A stretch of DNA of 64,000 bases from Octopus vulgaris (taxonomy: Eukaryota), in assembly GCA_951406725.2 (NCBI GenBank), contig OX597818.1, forward strand, positions 64,480,001 to 64,544,000, written 5' to 3'. Shown here piece by piece: positions 26,635-40,676 of the stretch. The position numbers and the translations under genes are program-made. The first letter of the stretch is position 1; each line of letters starts with the position of its first letter. The notes beneath the pieces were generated by a model, which was not told the origin of the DNA, ran no database searches, and saw only the letters and a program-made list of their open reading frames with translations.

Positions 26635-26682
<48 letters not shown>

Positions 26683-26706
26683 GAAGAAGAAGAAGAAAAA
26701 GAAGAA

Positions 26707-26741
<35 letters not shown>

Positions 26742-26813
26742 AGAAGAAGAAGAAGAAGAAGAAGAAGAAGAAGAAGAAGAAGAAGAAGAAGAAGAAGAAG
26801 AAGAAGAAGAAGA
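26566..26813. repeat. Compound (AAT)n-(AAG)n microsatellite
   Basis: Direct inspection. Confidence 0.97.
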
Positions 26814-26814
26814 T

Positions 26815-27075
26815 GAATCAAATTATTGTATACAGTGCTCAGGTTCACCACAACTTGTCCAGAGTGCGTATAAAGCATATGCATTAATGTACAATTGTCT
26901 GGGAAGTGAACAATGTATGAGTCAGACACATGCTTACGTGTGTATGGAGAGGAGAATATCAGGTGTAGTGTTGGCGAATCTCAGGATGCATGGAAGTTTT
27001 AAAGGATGCAGTGCTCCGACAACTAACTACTGATGCCGGCAGTTTGTTCCATACTTCAGCAACACTAAGCGTGAA

Positions 27076-27078
<3 letters not shown>
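26815..27078 (-). mobile_element. 3' end of a CR1-like LINE
   Basis: Minus-strand translation FTLSVAEVWNKLPASVVSCRSTASFK* (WNxLP motif), then 3' UTR running into the microsatellite. Confidence 0.8.
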
Positions 27079-27108
<30 letters not shown>

Positions 27109-27365
27109 ATTTAGAGATAGTAGTCCCCTTCATCCCATCATATACTCTAATTTAATACTTACTACTCATTTCCCAGCTATATGTGTTTCTTGAGGTTCTT
27201 TTACGTTTCCTTAAGCACGCAGCGTTTTACAGGAACCTTTCTTGAATTGTAACCCCAATCATCAGGCCTCTAAATAACTTTATCATAGTTCGATACCAAA
27301 TACAATATTTCTTCATAGCGAATAATGTGAACCCCTGTGATGCTAGAATTTTTGTTTCCTAATAA

Positions 27366-27405
<40 letters not shown>

Positions 27406-27970
27406 TACATATATACTTGTGCGTTTATGCATACACAGATATACGTTTACTCTGACACAGATATATGCAGGCAGAAGCATGTACAATTAAGTATATATTT
27501 TTTAAACCATGTCCTCTTGTTTTTGTTGGGGGAGACCTTAATATAAAGCCCATTCTTCGGCAGAATACTTTTGAAAGCCTGTTATACTTTTTTTTTTATA
27601 TTCACTGTTTTACCTATTTACAAAAGGTGAAAATTACTCTAGCATTGGCATTGTTTCCCCAGTGAATTTAACTTTTATCCTGAAATAAATTATCAGTTTG
27701 TGAAAAAATATATTTCAATATGAAAATGTACTTTATTTTTGTTATTGTGTGAAAACATTTAGCAAAACTTTAATATTAATTTCATTGTAGGAATTTAATT
27801 TCATGTCATGTTATTCTGATAATGTTTTTTTTTTCTTTTATATTCTGTTATCTAAAAATTGAAACATGAAAATTAAGTTGCTACAACAAAAGTAATTGTA
27901 TTTCCTAGCTACGATACTTTTGAATTAAGTTTCATACAGATAAACGAATTATACTTAGAGAGGAGGCTTG

Positions 27971-28056
<86 letters not shown>

Positions 28057-28106
28057 CATATAGATACATGCATATATCTATATAAATATAATATATATAT
28101 GCTATA

Positions 28107-28161
<55 letters not shown>

Positions 28162-29029
28162 ATATAATTTGAATTGCAAACGTGTAGCTTCTTTCTATAG
28201 GTCATCTTATGTGTGCATAGTTATCAGTAGCACCTATTTTTTAAATTAGATATAACAAATATATCTTCTTTTCATTTGACTGTTACTGCTGGCAAATAAA
28301 AGGACTTTGACAATTATTACATAGTTTGTTCTTTTACAAAGAGAGTAAATAAGTGAATAATATTGTTTCATTGCGATACAGCTGTATATCACCAAAAGAA
28401 AGACAGAAGCAAAACAACTTTAATAGAATACGTATGAATATTTACATCTCTGTATAGCTATGCCTGTGTGTTTGTATGTTTCTATGTATTTATCTGACTA
28501 TTTTTCTATCTCTATATATATATATTCACCTGCATGTGTGTGCGTTTGTTTCTGTGAATGTATGTATGTATTGCCAAAATAGATGATATTTTAGGTCTCC
28601 CGATTTTTTCTAAAGCAGCTTGATGTATTGGTGAGCAGCCTACGGAGCCGGAGAATATGAATATTACATTTCGAGTTCCCTGTGTCATGAAAATCCTGGC
28701 AGTGTATCGAAATGCTAACGTTATGACTTATGCTCAATGCCCAGTGAATATTGTAAACGTTTGTAAAAGTTTGTAAGACGTGACATGGACAGCTGCTACG
28801 GGGGACAACGAAGCTGTTTCCAATAGGGTGGAACTCGGTAGGCATTCTGTTTTCCCCCGCAAACAGAAATTCGTCTCCAAGTCCTTGAACAGGACCTTAA
28901 GCTCAGTTTAGAATGCCGTACGAAGATGCCGACGTCTTTAGTCAATCCCTGCCTGGGGCTATTTCTTATACAAGTGGCATCAGGATTCAGCATCTTACCA
29001 TTCTTCTGTAAACAGTTCAAGTCGTTGTT

Positions 29030-29310
29030 GAAGAATTTCTACGATTTCATCAACACAAAATTCCAAACTTCTAATTCCCTTGATTGTAATTCAAAAGCAT
29101 ATTATGTTTGGGGTGTGTTTGGGAAAGATTTCAACCGCTTTGCCTACAACACAGAGGCTGGACTGATGGCCAGAATCTAGTAACCAGAAGGATAGTGGTG
29201 CCAGTGGTATAGGGTGGGACACTTGCGCTAGGTTTTAGAGGCGTATTGAGACCAAGCTGCAAGCTGAGTGTCATCGTTCAGACATAATCTAGTCCCTATA
29301 TTCTGATTTT
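29030..29310 (+). pseudogene. Tc1/mariner (DD37D-like) transposase C-terminal relic
   Basis: SNSLDCNSKAYYVWGVF...AYNTEAGLMARI resembles SPDCNPLDYYVW. Confidence 0.6.
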
Positions 29311-29821
29311 AAGAAAATGATTTCGCGCTTTCTCCGTGCCCGCATATACGTATATGTGCACAAGCACACACTCACACATGCAAACAGAAAAGCATACACA
29401 CACACAGACGTCCACAGCCTTATAATCATACATAAATATATTTATACTTATATATCTGTATTTTTCTATCTATTTATCCATATATATATATATATCTTTG
29501 TATCTATGTATGTATATATCTATCTCGCTATCAATTTATCTGTCTGTTTATCAATATCTCTCTCTCCCTCTCTCTTTGTGCATATATGTGTGTCTGTGTG
29601 TGTTAATATATTCCTGTGTGCACGTGCGCATTTTTGTATTGGTGACTGTTGAACCCAGCTCTTGATAAACAGGCACTTCTGCATGATTTGAAGCAGAAGC
29701 TTCCCCATTAACCACACTGGCCTTTCGGTGTGTATCCTGTTACCGTATACATACATATATACATACATACAATAATACAAACATATACATATATTTATAT
29801 ACAAACACTCATTCACACACA

Positions 29822-29930
29822 CATATCACGTTGAAAGCACCGGTTCTCGTCCGAACACCGAAGTTAAGCAACATCGAGCCTAGTTAGTACTTAGATAGTT
29901 GACCGCTTGAGAAACCTAGGTGCTGTAAGC
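29822..29930 (+). pseudogene. 5S rRNA-derived sequence, 5'-truncated by about 9 nt
   Basis: CATATCACGTTGAAAGCACCGGTTCTCGTCCGA.CACCGAAGTTAAGC...GTTAGTACTT...GGTGCTGTAAGC follows animal 5S rRNA with substitutions; no clean T-run terminator directly after. Confidence 0.9.
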
Positions 29931-30009
29931 AGAAATTTATTAAACGGCGGTGCATCAGCATGGCCGCAGCTCTTAGCTGAAACAAGAAAAAATATATACA
30001 TATATACGT

Positions 30010-30244
30010 GTATGTGTGCGTGTATGTTTGTGTGTCTGTGTTTGTCCCCCTAGCATTGCTTGACAACCGATGCTGGTGTGTTTACATTCCCGTCACTTCG
30101 CGGTTCGGCAAAAGAGACCGATAGAATAAATACTGGGCTTCCAAAAGAATAAGTCCCGGGGTCGAGTTGCTCGATTAAAGGCGGTGCTCCAGCATGGCCG
30201 AAGTCAAATGACTGAAACAAGTAAAAGAGTAAAAGAGTAAAAGT
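30010..30244 (+). mobile_element. SINE family 1, 3' half
   Basis: Body plus tail ending in (GTAAAAGA)n. Confidence 0.9.
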
Positions 30245-30764
30245 GTACTTATATCTGACAGAAAGTAAAGTAACTTTAATACCTCGATTTCGTTTAATGT
30301 TTAATTGTGTCATATTTGAGTTTTTCTATGGTTCCCGGTTCCTGTGCTCTATCACTTACTAACCAACATATAACCATTGCACCCGTATGGCATACCCCGT
30401 TGGTTAAAGTTCTCAAACGAACCAGATATATTAATCTTAGCAGACATCCAATGAAAATGAGTGAATGAGAGAAAGAGATAGAAAGCGAGTGTTAGAGAGA
30501 GTGAGGTAGAAAAGAAAAAGACTATGAATGAGAGAGATAAGTTCACAGGGAAACCTCCGATGGCAAAGAGAAAGCAGACGTCATTTAAATCCCCATTTAC
30601 TTGGTTTCAGCTTCGATGCCCTGAGAACTCGTGCGTTTATTCGTCTGTCTCTTACACGAAGTAATGTTTAGCATCTTGACTTTCAACTCACTTTGGAGTG
30701 ATTCGTAATTACTTCTTGAGAGTCTTGGTCTTTTTATTCTACTTTAGGCAGTCTATTAGAGCGA

Positions 30765-31495
30765 CCCCAGTTCGCAACTGGTATTTCATTTATCGACCGC
30801 GAAACAACGAAAGGAAAAAATTGACCTCTGCGGAGTTTGAACTCAAAGCGTAAAGAGAAGACGAAATATCTCTAAGCATTTCGCCCGGCATGCTAACGTT
30901 CCTTATTTATTTATTGCCCACAAAGGGCTAAACATAGAGGAGACAAACAAGGACACACAAAGGGATTAAGTCAATTACATCAACCCCAGTGCGTAACTGG
31001 TACTAAATTTATCGACCCCGAAAATATGAAAGGCAGAGTCGACCTCGGCCGAATTTGGACTCAGAACGTAAAGACAGACAAAAGACCTATTTCGTTACTA
31101 CCCACAAGGGGCTAAACACAGAGGGGACAAACAAGAACACACAAACGGATTAATTCGATTACATCAACACCAGTGCGTAACTGGTACTTATTTAATCGAC
31201 CCCGAAATGATGACAGGCAAAGTCGACCTCGGTGGGATTTGAACTCAGAACCTAGCGGCAGAGGAAATACCTATTTCTTTACTACCCACAAGTGGCTAAA
31301 CACAGAGGGGACAAACAAGGACACACAAACGGACTAAGTCGATTATATCGACCCCAGTGCGTAACTGGTACTTATTTAATCGACCCCGAAAGGATGAAAG
31401 GCAAAGTCGACCTCGGCGGAATTTGAACTCAGAACGTAACGGCAGACGAAATACCGCTAAGCACTTCGCCCGACGTGCTAACGTTTCTGCCAGCT
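30765..31495 (-). mobile_element. Tandem array of about 4 units of tRNA-derived SINE family 2
   Basis: About 180-bp units with GAGTTCAAATTCCGCCGAGGTCGACTTTGCCTTTCATCCTTTCGGGGTCG core; monomer at 44412-44639. Confidence 0.88.
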
Positions 31496-32708
31496 TATTC
31501 TCTGTCATACATAAAAGTGCTGCACACAAATATTTAAAGCATATCTCTTGCTTCTGTGATACATCAATGAATTTGCCATGGTTGATATATTGATAGCAAT
31601 GTATTTTAATAACTAGCACAGCAAATAATATATAAGGTTTCCATGTTAATACCGTAAGCGCATTTAATAAATTATAATTAATAAATGTACGGTAGAAGTT
31701 GTCATATTATTATGTGAGATATATCAGATATCAGATATTGGTTATCTGTACGCATCTGGAAACCATAATTCATATTCAATATAGATGTTGGTTTTCTAAT
31801 GAAATCATTTTACAAAGTGATTTTAATGTGTTAATAACACTGTAACATTTATTGCTCCTACGTTTACACACAGACAGCACACATACGTTTATGCTTATAT
31901 ACATAGCTACAGCCATATACAGATATACATTCACACACACACATAAATATATACACATTTAAAATATATACAAGCATATGAATACTCACGTGCATGCACA
32001 CACAGGAACACACACATATGCGTACTCTGGTATAATCCGATCCAGGCATCCGATATTTCTTCGAAGAACGCCAAATAGTTCCAGGCAATATTGGACAGGT
32101 GTTTGCCGAAATCCCGAAATCGTACAAATACTGTTAAGTATTTTTCAGGAGTAGCTTGATGGTGTCATACGTAACCTCATTCAACTAGGAGCTGCATTTG
32201 CACCGAATCAATAACAGCAAACTAAACAAAGCCTCCAACAATACACCCAAGTCACTCTCAACTAATGATCCAGTAGACAATGCTTAGACGACCTATCCCC
32301 AGGGAGGGACATGTACAGAAACACATAGCACGTAACAATCCGGAAATAATAACAACCAATTCCTAAGTAGCCCCGGGAGCCCGCATAACAACATAGTGTA
32401 CACGAAGCGACAAGTAACGAGATCTGCATGACCATTTGTTTTTAGCCGCCGGTCACAAACAACAGGCAGTTATATGTGCTAGTGTAGGGACAAATCAAGT
32501 TGCCCACTCGGTAATGTCTGCACGGCTCGCAACTTCGTATATAAATGCACAGTGCACACATGAGAATGACTATATGTGTACATAGGTATAACTGACGATT
32601 TATTCAAGAATAAATACCGCAAACACATCTCAAGCTTTGAAAAATAACTAAAAGGCATACAACATCACAGGCAGATTTTCTGAAAAATGCCTGAAGAAAA
32701 TATCTATA

Positions 32709-33587
32709 CAGGGTGCGGTGAATAAACTGTCGTCTAAATTATATAAAAAGGAAAATAAGGCTGACCTTTCAATTTAACAGATATATTTACCAAAATTACG
32801 TAAAAATATCTTGAAATACTAAAGAGTAAATCTTTTAAATAAAATCGCTGTTGGCTTCAACCACGGCATCCACAAGAGTTCTAAATCTCCCACAAATCAT
32901 CTGGACGGTCTTCTTGTTTAAGTTGGTAAATGCTGCCATAATCCTTGCCTTCAGTTTATATTTAGTGTTGCAAGGAGTTTTGTTGCTTTCTCGCTCAACT
33001 GCGAGCCATACATATTAACCAAGGCGGTTGCAGTCGCGGGAATTAGGTGGCCAGATGTGGGTGATGATGTGATCACAGAAATTGTGATCACAGAAATTGT
33101 GATCACAGCTATGACTGTGTTCTGTGGGATGTTGCAGAGTCCTGTTGCCAGACATTGAGTCTTCCGGCAGCCACCCGCTTGACCCAGCTCAGCAGTACCT
33201 CCTCCAGGCAGACCTCCGCGTTGAGTCTGAGGCCGTGTGAGAAAATGAATAATAGCATAATGTCGACATCACTAGTGATCACTCCAGACACCATGATGTT
33301 GACTGGATGTTTGATATTTATCACTCTCGGTACATGTCTTCAGACTGCACTGTTCCCAGATTGGCACCCAAATGCTCTGAAATGTTCGTATTGCAGATTC
33401 CGGCGCGAAAGCCAAGCAGTACAGCAGTAAATTTCAGGCAGAGTGAATTGCCTAATAGTGCTGTTTTTTTCTCACAGACTGTGCCCAACTGGCCCTGCTA
33501 CACTGTGTAGTCAACAAACTAAAAAACAAGAATGCACATACACACAATAAAAATATACTATGGCAACAATTTATCCATCGCAGGCAG
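32709..33587 (-). mobile_element. Internally deleted DD37D/maT-like transposon relic
   Basis: Degenerate TIRs (cagggtgcggtgaataaactgtcg / ggcaacaatttatccatcgcaggcag) with TA; minus-strand peptides KHPVNIMVSGVITSD, WQQDSATSH, WPPNSRDCN. Confidence 0.75.
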
Positions 33588-33599
33588 TATATCCGCGGT

Positions 33600-34389
33600 C
33601 GAGTCGATATTAGTAAAATGAAAAAGTTGGATAAGTGGGTTCCACATGAACTAAATGAGAATCAGGAAAAGCAACTTTTGGAGGCCTTCGTTATGCTACT
33701 TTCTTGTCACAGAAATTAATCCTTTTTCAATCGAACTGTAACATATGATGAGCAATTGATCCAATACAACATCCGCAAACGTTCAGCACAATGGATGGAC
33801 AAAGACGAACCACCACAAAAGCAAAATTCCTCAAAAGATGCTGATGGTGTGTATTTGGGTGTCTGGCGCAGGTGTGATCCATTTTGATTTCATTAAACGT
33901 GGTTCATCAATCACGGCCGACGTGTATTGCAGTCAACTGGACCAAATGATGCAGAAACATACAGAAAACAATAGCCTAGATTAACCAACAGATCCACTTC
34001 TTATTTATTGCAAGAAAACGCTAGACAACATATTTCAAAAATTACATTGGCAAAACTACAGGATTTGGAGTTGAAGTTGGAAGTTCTCCATCGTCCACTG
34101 TATAAACCTGATCTCGCCCCATTCACTACCGCTTCTTCCAGAATTTGGGTAAGTTTTTGAATGGAAAAATAATTAATGCTGATGATGCTGTAAAACAGGC
34201 CTTCCAAGATTTTATTGAATTTAGTTTGCCAGGCGTTTACAATTCTGGGCTGGACATGCTGCAGCGGGAATGGCACAAGTGTATTGACAATATGGGTGCA
34301 TATTTTGATGAATAAAACTATTCCTTGTATTATAAAAGATAAGCAAACTTGTTTTTCTTTTCTATAAATTTCACACTTCAAGACCTAAT
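33600..34389 (+). pseudogene. mariner (DD34D-type) transposase relic
   Basis: KKLDKWVPHELNENQ, TYDEQ..YNIRKRSAQW, LLQENARQH, PLYKPDLAP; many stops and frameshifts. Confidence 0.85.
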
Positions 34390-35248
34390 ATATGTGCGTG
34401 TGTTTGTGTATATATGAATTTGTGTATGTGTGAGTATGTGTATATCAGACACACTCAAACACACACAGCATATATATACATACTTAGACACGCTAGTATA
34501 TATTTATTTATATATCAGTAAGCGTATGTGAGAGAGTGGAGTGGGTAAATGTGCGTATGTGCGTGAACAACATTCCATGATAACGATTTTAGAATTGAGT
34601 TACAATAATCATATACGCGCAAGGTATTTTTTCTCGCTGTGCAGATTGTTTACCAAGAACACCATTAACGATTCTAGTAAGTTTATAAATCACAATGTCA
34701 ATAATATCTAGGGTCAGAGTTTAGAAGACTCAGAGACGTATTGATTTCAACAATTTGGATTCCATCGAAATATCTACATTTCAAATTTATAAAGAACCTG
34801 CACTTGACATATCACGCAAAATGATATATAACAATATTTGTTTATAGTTCGACAAATATCATTTAATGATATCCCATTCACCAGGAATAAGAGCCATGTA
34901 TTACATTTCTTGGTAAATATATGCTATTAATAGTTAATAGATAGTTAGAAAATATTGTTTGATAAACAGTAATTAGTAGAGTGTATTTGACAAAACTGAA
35001 TTAATTAATATTATAAAAATATAAAGTTCGTATGTTAAACTTTGTATATATTTGTCTCATTAGCATTATTTTGCTATCACTGTTTTATAATTTTATTTAT
35101 GATAACATTGTTATTAATGTATTGAGTACACAGAGGTCGAAAAATTAAGTACCAGTTGCGTACTGGGGTCGATTTAAATCGACTGGCCGCCTCCCCCAAT
35201 GTTTCGGGCCTTGTGTCTAGAGTAGAAAAGAATATAATGTTTACACTT

Positions 35249-35420
35249 GGCGGCGCACATGCAGGATCGTTACCACGCAGGGAAAAATGCCTGGAGACAT
35301 TACGTCTGTTTTTACATTCTGAGTTCATATTCCACCGAGGTTGACCTTGCCTTTAATCTCTTCGGGATCGATAAAATAGGTACCAACCGAACACTGGAGT
35401 CGACGTAATCGACATACCCC
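35249..35420 (+). mobile_element. Diverged SINE family 2
   Basis: ttctgagttcatattccaccgaggttgaccttgcctt...cgataaaataggtacc. Confidence 0.7.
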
Positions 35421-36240
35421 CATGAATCTGTCTGAAATGTAATATAATATAGGTCAGTTTCAAAATGTTGATGTCCAGTTGACAAAAGCAAAGTTTTGGA
35501 GGGTTCCACTGTCTGAAAAGTCTGAGTACGACGTTTTATTATTATATATGAACATTTCAGGAAATGATGTAGTATTAAATCAAAGCACAATTTTAGGGTA
35601 GAAAGTAAAAATCTTATCTTCTCACCTGGATTACGAATATTATTTTGTACTGCATCCTTTAGTATGAAATATCATATCACAGCTTTGTTGGTAAAGATCT
35701 TTCTTGCTAAATAGCTAGTCGTAAAATCTCAAGAAGAGATCAGAGCAGTAACTATACTAACAAGTAAGTCATTCGCCACATGAAAGTAGCTGTTCCATGG
35801 TGCTATTAGTTTAACCCCAGTCAGGTTGTCCACCAGCTGGTTATCGGTGCGACGTTCCACCCTTTATATACAATATGCATTGCTAGCAGGGGAAGCAACG
35901 CCCAACCATCATCTAGCAGATACAGAATCCCGAGACTTACTCAGTTTTGGGTTGCTTGGCTCAACGTCAGTGGCGAGCACCTGGCCACTGAATGGATAGC
36001 CAGGATATATTGATTGAGTTGTTAAATACGTAGATACATACATACATAGTTACATACATACTTACATACATACATACATATCATTGACACTCTTTCCGAT
36101 ATGATATTGGTTACGATTTTGAGAATGGTATTTTAATCTTCCAAATATTTGGCGAGAATTTCAAAGAAGAATGCATTTTGAATTACCACGAAGTTGACTT
36201 GCTTCTAAATTATATTCATATTATTACTACTTCTACTAGC

Positions 36241-36380
<140 letters not shown>

Positions 36381-36552
36381 TCATAGTCGGTGATTATGAC
36401 TTAATGTCATGTAGAATGATGTAAATATATTTTAAATGGTTTTGTATGAAGACACACTTATACAAACGATTCAATTTTTAAATATAATGATTGTTTTTTA
36501 TTAAAATTAAAAATGCGTTTATTTTTCAATAAAATGCATACATATATATATA

Positions 36553-36625
<73 letters not shown>

Positions 36626-36632
36626 TTTTATT

Positions 36633-36671
<39 letters not shown>

Positions 36672-37611
36672 ATCAGATATTTCAAATTTTCACATCATAG
36701 TCAATTCCATGTGAGTTTACAATTTGAGGCGATTAAATTTGAAAACGTACTTAATCATTTACTGATTGAGGAATAAAAAAAAATCTGCTGTCCAATTATA
36801 ATGATGGAGCATTTTATAACTGAATGACTAATTAAATCATGACACTGCTAATCACAACTTTTCTTTCATTAAATTTTACTGTAACCTCTTTCTAGAAAAG
36901 GATATTGTCATTAATATTACGGAATAGAAGTTAGATGAATAAACGATATTTAATATAGTCTTTCATTTCCCAAGAAAATCCGACAGGAATACTTGAAGGA
37001 TTAACTGAAAATCTCAGTAGAAAAAAATTCTAAAAATTACTTCAAAAATTAAGTGAAATTATTATATATTTTAATTTTCTTTTATTCAATGTTTTTAGAA
37101 AATAAATGTTTTCGGTTGAAGAAGGATTTTCTTTGATAAGAGATTAAAGGAATTTTGAATAAAATAAAGGCGTATATATAAACATTCGTTAATCCTCATC
37201 AGTGGAGAATGCAATTTTTTTGGCATAATCTCAAACCTACAATCACAAACACTCCTCCATACTCACGAAAAACTACACACTCACACAATCATACAACCAC
37301 ATTCTCACACACGTACACACCTATATATAAATGCTTGTATGCGCGTCTGCGTGTACGAATATGTGTGTATACATTTATCTACACACACGCAAACACAAAT
37401 GTGTATAAAGATATATAAATGGATAGATCAACACATATATAACCACATACACACATAAAATATTGATACACACAAATAACCGTTGCATATGAAAGTAAAC
37501 ATTATCAAATACTAACACTTTAAGCAATATGAGTACATGTTTGCATATAATAATGGATTCGCACAAAAATATTTATATGTGTGTACGTGCGTGCGTGTCT
37601 ATGTTCGTAAC

Positions 37612-37678
<67 letters not shown>

Positions 37679-37822
37679 TACATGTTTGTGCATAAATATA
37701 TTTGTATCTATATATGTATATAGTTAAGCACATAAATGTGAAACAAGGTGGGAAAAATTAGTACTCGAATACTACAGGTAGAGTAATATGCTTTATTAAT
37801 AAAGCTGCAAAGACATTAAAAG

Positions 37823-37866
37823 AAACTGTTACTCAGTGTTTCATGTTCCTGTTCGTCCGACAGTTT
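37823..37866 (-). ncRNA. Degenerate type I hammerhead in a short repeat (about 37735-37935)
   Basis: Minus strand: AAACTGT-CGGACGA-ACAggaaCAT-GAAAC-ACTGA-GTA-ACAGTTT; 7-bp stem I. Confidence 0.55.
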
Positions 37867-37957
37867 TGTTTGAGAAACAAATCAGTCCGGTAACAAATCA
37901 GTCTGGGTAACAGTTTTTGTGATGACTTTACAGATGGAAGATTTAACCGATATGTGT

Positions 37958-38009
<52 letters not shown>

Positions 38010-39533
38010 GTGCGTGTTTGATTGTGTGTGGTGTCAATATCATCACAACCGTATGTTTATTATCTTGCAACCGACATATGCAATTTTCTCTCAATTCTGA
38101 ATTTGTAAAATCGTTTTATCTAAAAAAAAAAAGAAGATACAGTTATATGTAACAATTAAGGATTAAACGGTTACAATTTGGGTGATGCAATTATGTGTGC
38201 GTTTAGTAACAGTATTGTTGATATTATGTAACACTTAACATGTCTACGCGGTATAACGAATACACAAAATTGTGACCTCTGACTCTCTCCCGCTTTATTT
38301 TAGGTTAGACACATTATACATACGTTATACATAATTTCGGGTACTATTTACCGATGTGCAATCAGAGAATTTTTGTAAATGTTATATGTTTCCATAGTCT
38401 GAGAAGACAAATAATCTATGGAAACTCCAGTATTAGAACATGAAATGGTAATATAGGAGAATAAGACCAATTGATAAAATGACTTAAGAATGGGTAGATC
38501 TGAATACCAATCGATAGCTCGTACATGCGTACGTTTCACCAGCTGATCGTCCTTTGATATTCCCGCAAATGAAGTTGCGAGGCGTACGAGAGATTCTATA
38601 TCTGCTCCTAACTATACAGGCTAATAAATTGTTGATACAATTATGAAACATATGACCAACTTATACTTACTCGCGAGTGATAGCTGGCTATACACGAGAA
38701 GATTCAATGGATGTATGAAGTAAGGCATTCTATGAAGAGGTTTACATTTATAAGAGCGGCACCGGCTTTTCAATTATCTGATTTTGCGCAAATACGAGAG
38801 AATTCTTTCCATACACATTTTGACCAACGTTAATTTTCACCTAATTAAACATATTCAGTCCTAGAAATTTTATGTGGTATTTTAAATATTTAATTTGTTT
38901 ATTCAAAACACTGCAGCTTAATTTTCTCCTTACTATATGAACTTGACTAAAATTGGTAAGTTTATTTTATAATTGAGTTATGAATTTGGTGTAAAGTGTA
39001 CCTATCAGCTATATTTTTTCAAATGTTCAACCTATAGAATTTCTCCAAGCCGTGCGGAAAAAAAAATCTACATTAGGCGTTCGAAAGACATAACGAATTA
39101 TTGGCTATTTTCTGGAAGATATTTACATCGTTTCCCCTTAAGATACACATCCGTACACTTACAGCCTACTTATAATCATATATTCGTGCATACATAAACA
39201 TATACTGATATACATACCTATATACATATATGACGACCGTTCATCACATAAATTACATTTACTAGACATAAGTCAGTCTAAATCTTTGTGACAAGTCACG
39301 TGCTCAAGATGTCACGTAGTTGAATCTAACATCGTTACATGTGATGTTACATGTGATGTACTTAAACAGACTGCCATATTGCTGTCTCTATTGATTATAT
39401 ATAAAAATGTTCCTACTTGCAAATATGCAATGAGCGCCTTGTTTGAAGGAAACTTTTTTGTTTTATTCCAATAAATAATCTCACAAACGTTAATAGATAT
39501 TGACACACGTTATATTTAACACCATTGAGGAAG

Positions 39534-39571
<38 letters not shown>

Positions 39572-40329
39572 ATATATATATCTGTGAACGCATGCAACAT
39601 GCATTCAGGATTCACCACTTAATAGAATTACCACACTTTTACTCTATTAGCGAGAATTATAAACAGCAAGCATAAAAGGTGTCATTTTCATGATGAGAAA
39701 CTGATAGCTTTGTTCTCTAGCAATTTCTGTTCCTATATTTTTACGCTTAGACCGGGTCAAAGTAAGATGTTTTGTGAGACTTTACTTTCAGGCGTAGAAT
39801 GAGATCAACTTTTAGTTCTAAGGTTGCCATTGTCACTTTGTATTTGACATCTATATTTCCTTATAATTGAGAAGTTTCGACCGCAATTACCTAGGTGCTA
39901 GAGTGGAGTATCTTTCTAAATTATATCAAATATTCCATTAAAATGAGATCAGATGCATAACTAGATTATTTCAATAGAAATACTCTGCAATGGAAGTGAT
40001 TGCGATTCCTAAGTAATATTTCGTGACAAAATGCATTGTGTTCAATATTTATGACATTTTTTTCTATTTAGTAGAAAATGAGAATTTTTTTCTCTCTAAA
40101 TTTCAAAGTTTCATATTGAATGGAGGTCAATACAGCATTTATTGACCTCGAACACCAGACAGCAGAGAGAAATTATCCAAGGTGTAACTTATATTTAGAG
40201 CAAGGTGAGAGTTTGAAAATGTTGAAATCTATCTATCTTTTCAAATTGACGGTTGCTTGGGGAAAATATTATATGGAGACGCCGGTAGGATGTAAATAAA
40301 TCTTGCAAAACGTTATTATCATCAACAAT

Positions 40330-40351
40330 GGTTATGATAATGATGTTGATG

Positions 40352-40414
<63 letters not shown>

Positions 40415-40432
40415 GTAATAAAAATAATAATA

Positions 40433-40481
<49 letters not shown>

Positions 40482-40487
40482 CGATGA

Positions 40488-40518
<31 letters not shown>

Positions 40519-40644
40519 AAGAAGAAGAAGAAGAAGAAGAAGAAGAAGAAGAAGAAGAAGAAGAAGAAGAAGAAGAAGAAGAAGAAGAAGAAGAAGAAGA
40601 AGAAGAAGAAGAAGAAGAAGAAGAAGAAGAAGAAGAAGAAGAAG

Positions 40645-40675
<31 letters not shown>
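40330..40675. repeat. Compound (AAT)n-(GAT)n-(GAA)n microsatellite
   Basis: Direct inspection; about 60 uninterrupted GAA units. Confidence 0.98.

Positions 40676-40676
<1 letters not shown>

Noticed and set aside
27225-27270. Minus-strand CTGATGA-TTGG...TCAA-GAAA hammerhead-like motif
   Set aside because: No valid NUH triplet and no stem I.
29822-29930. Functional 5S rRNA gene
   Set aside because: The 5' end is missing, box C carries substitutions, it is not in an array, and it is fused to a SINE tail.
39295-39360. E-box cluster (GTCACGTG, CATGTG x2)
   Set aside because: Largely explained by a short local duplication; not enough to call an enhancer.
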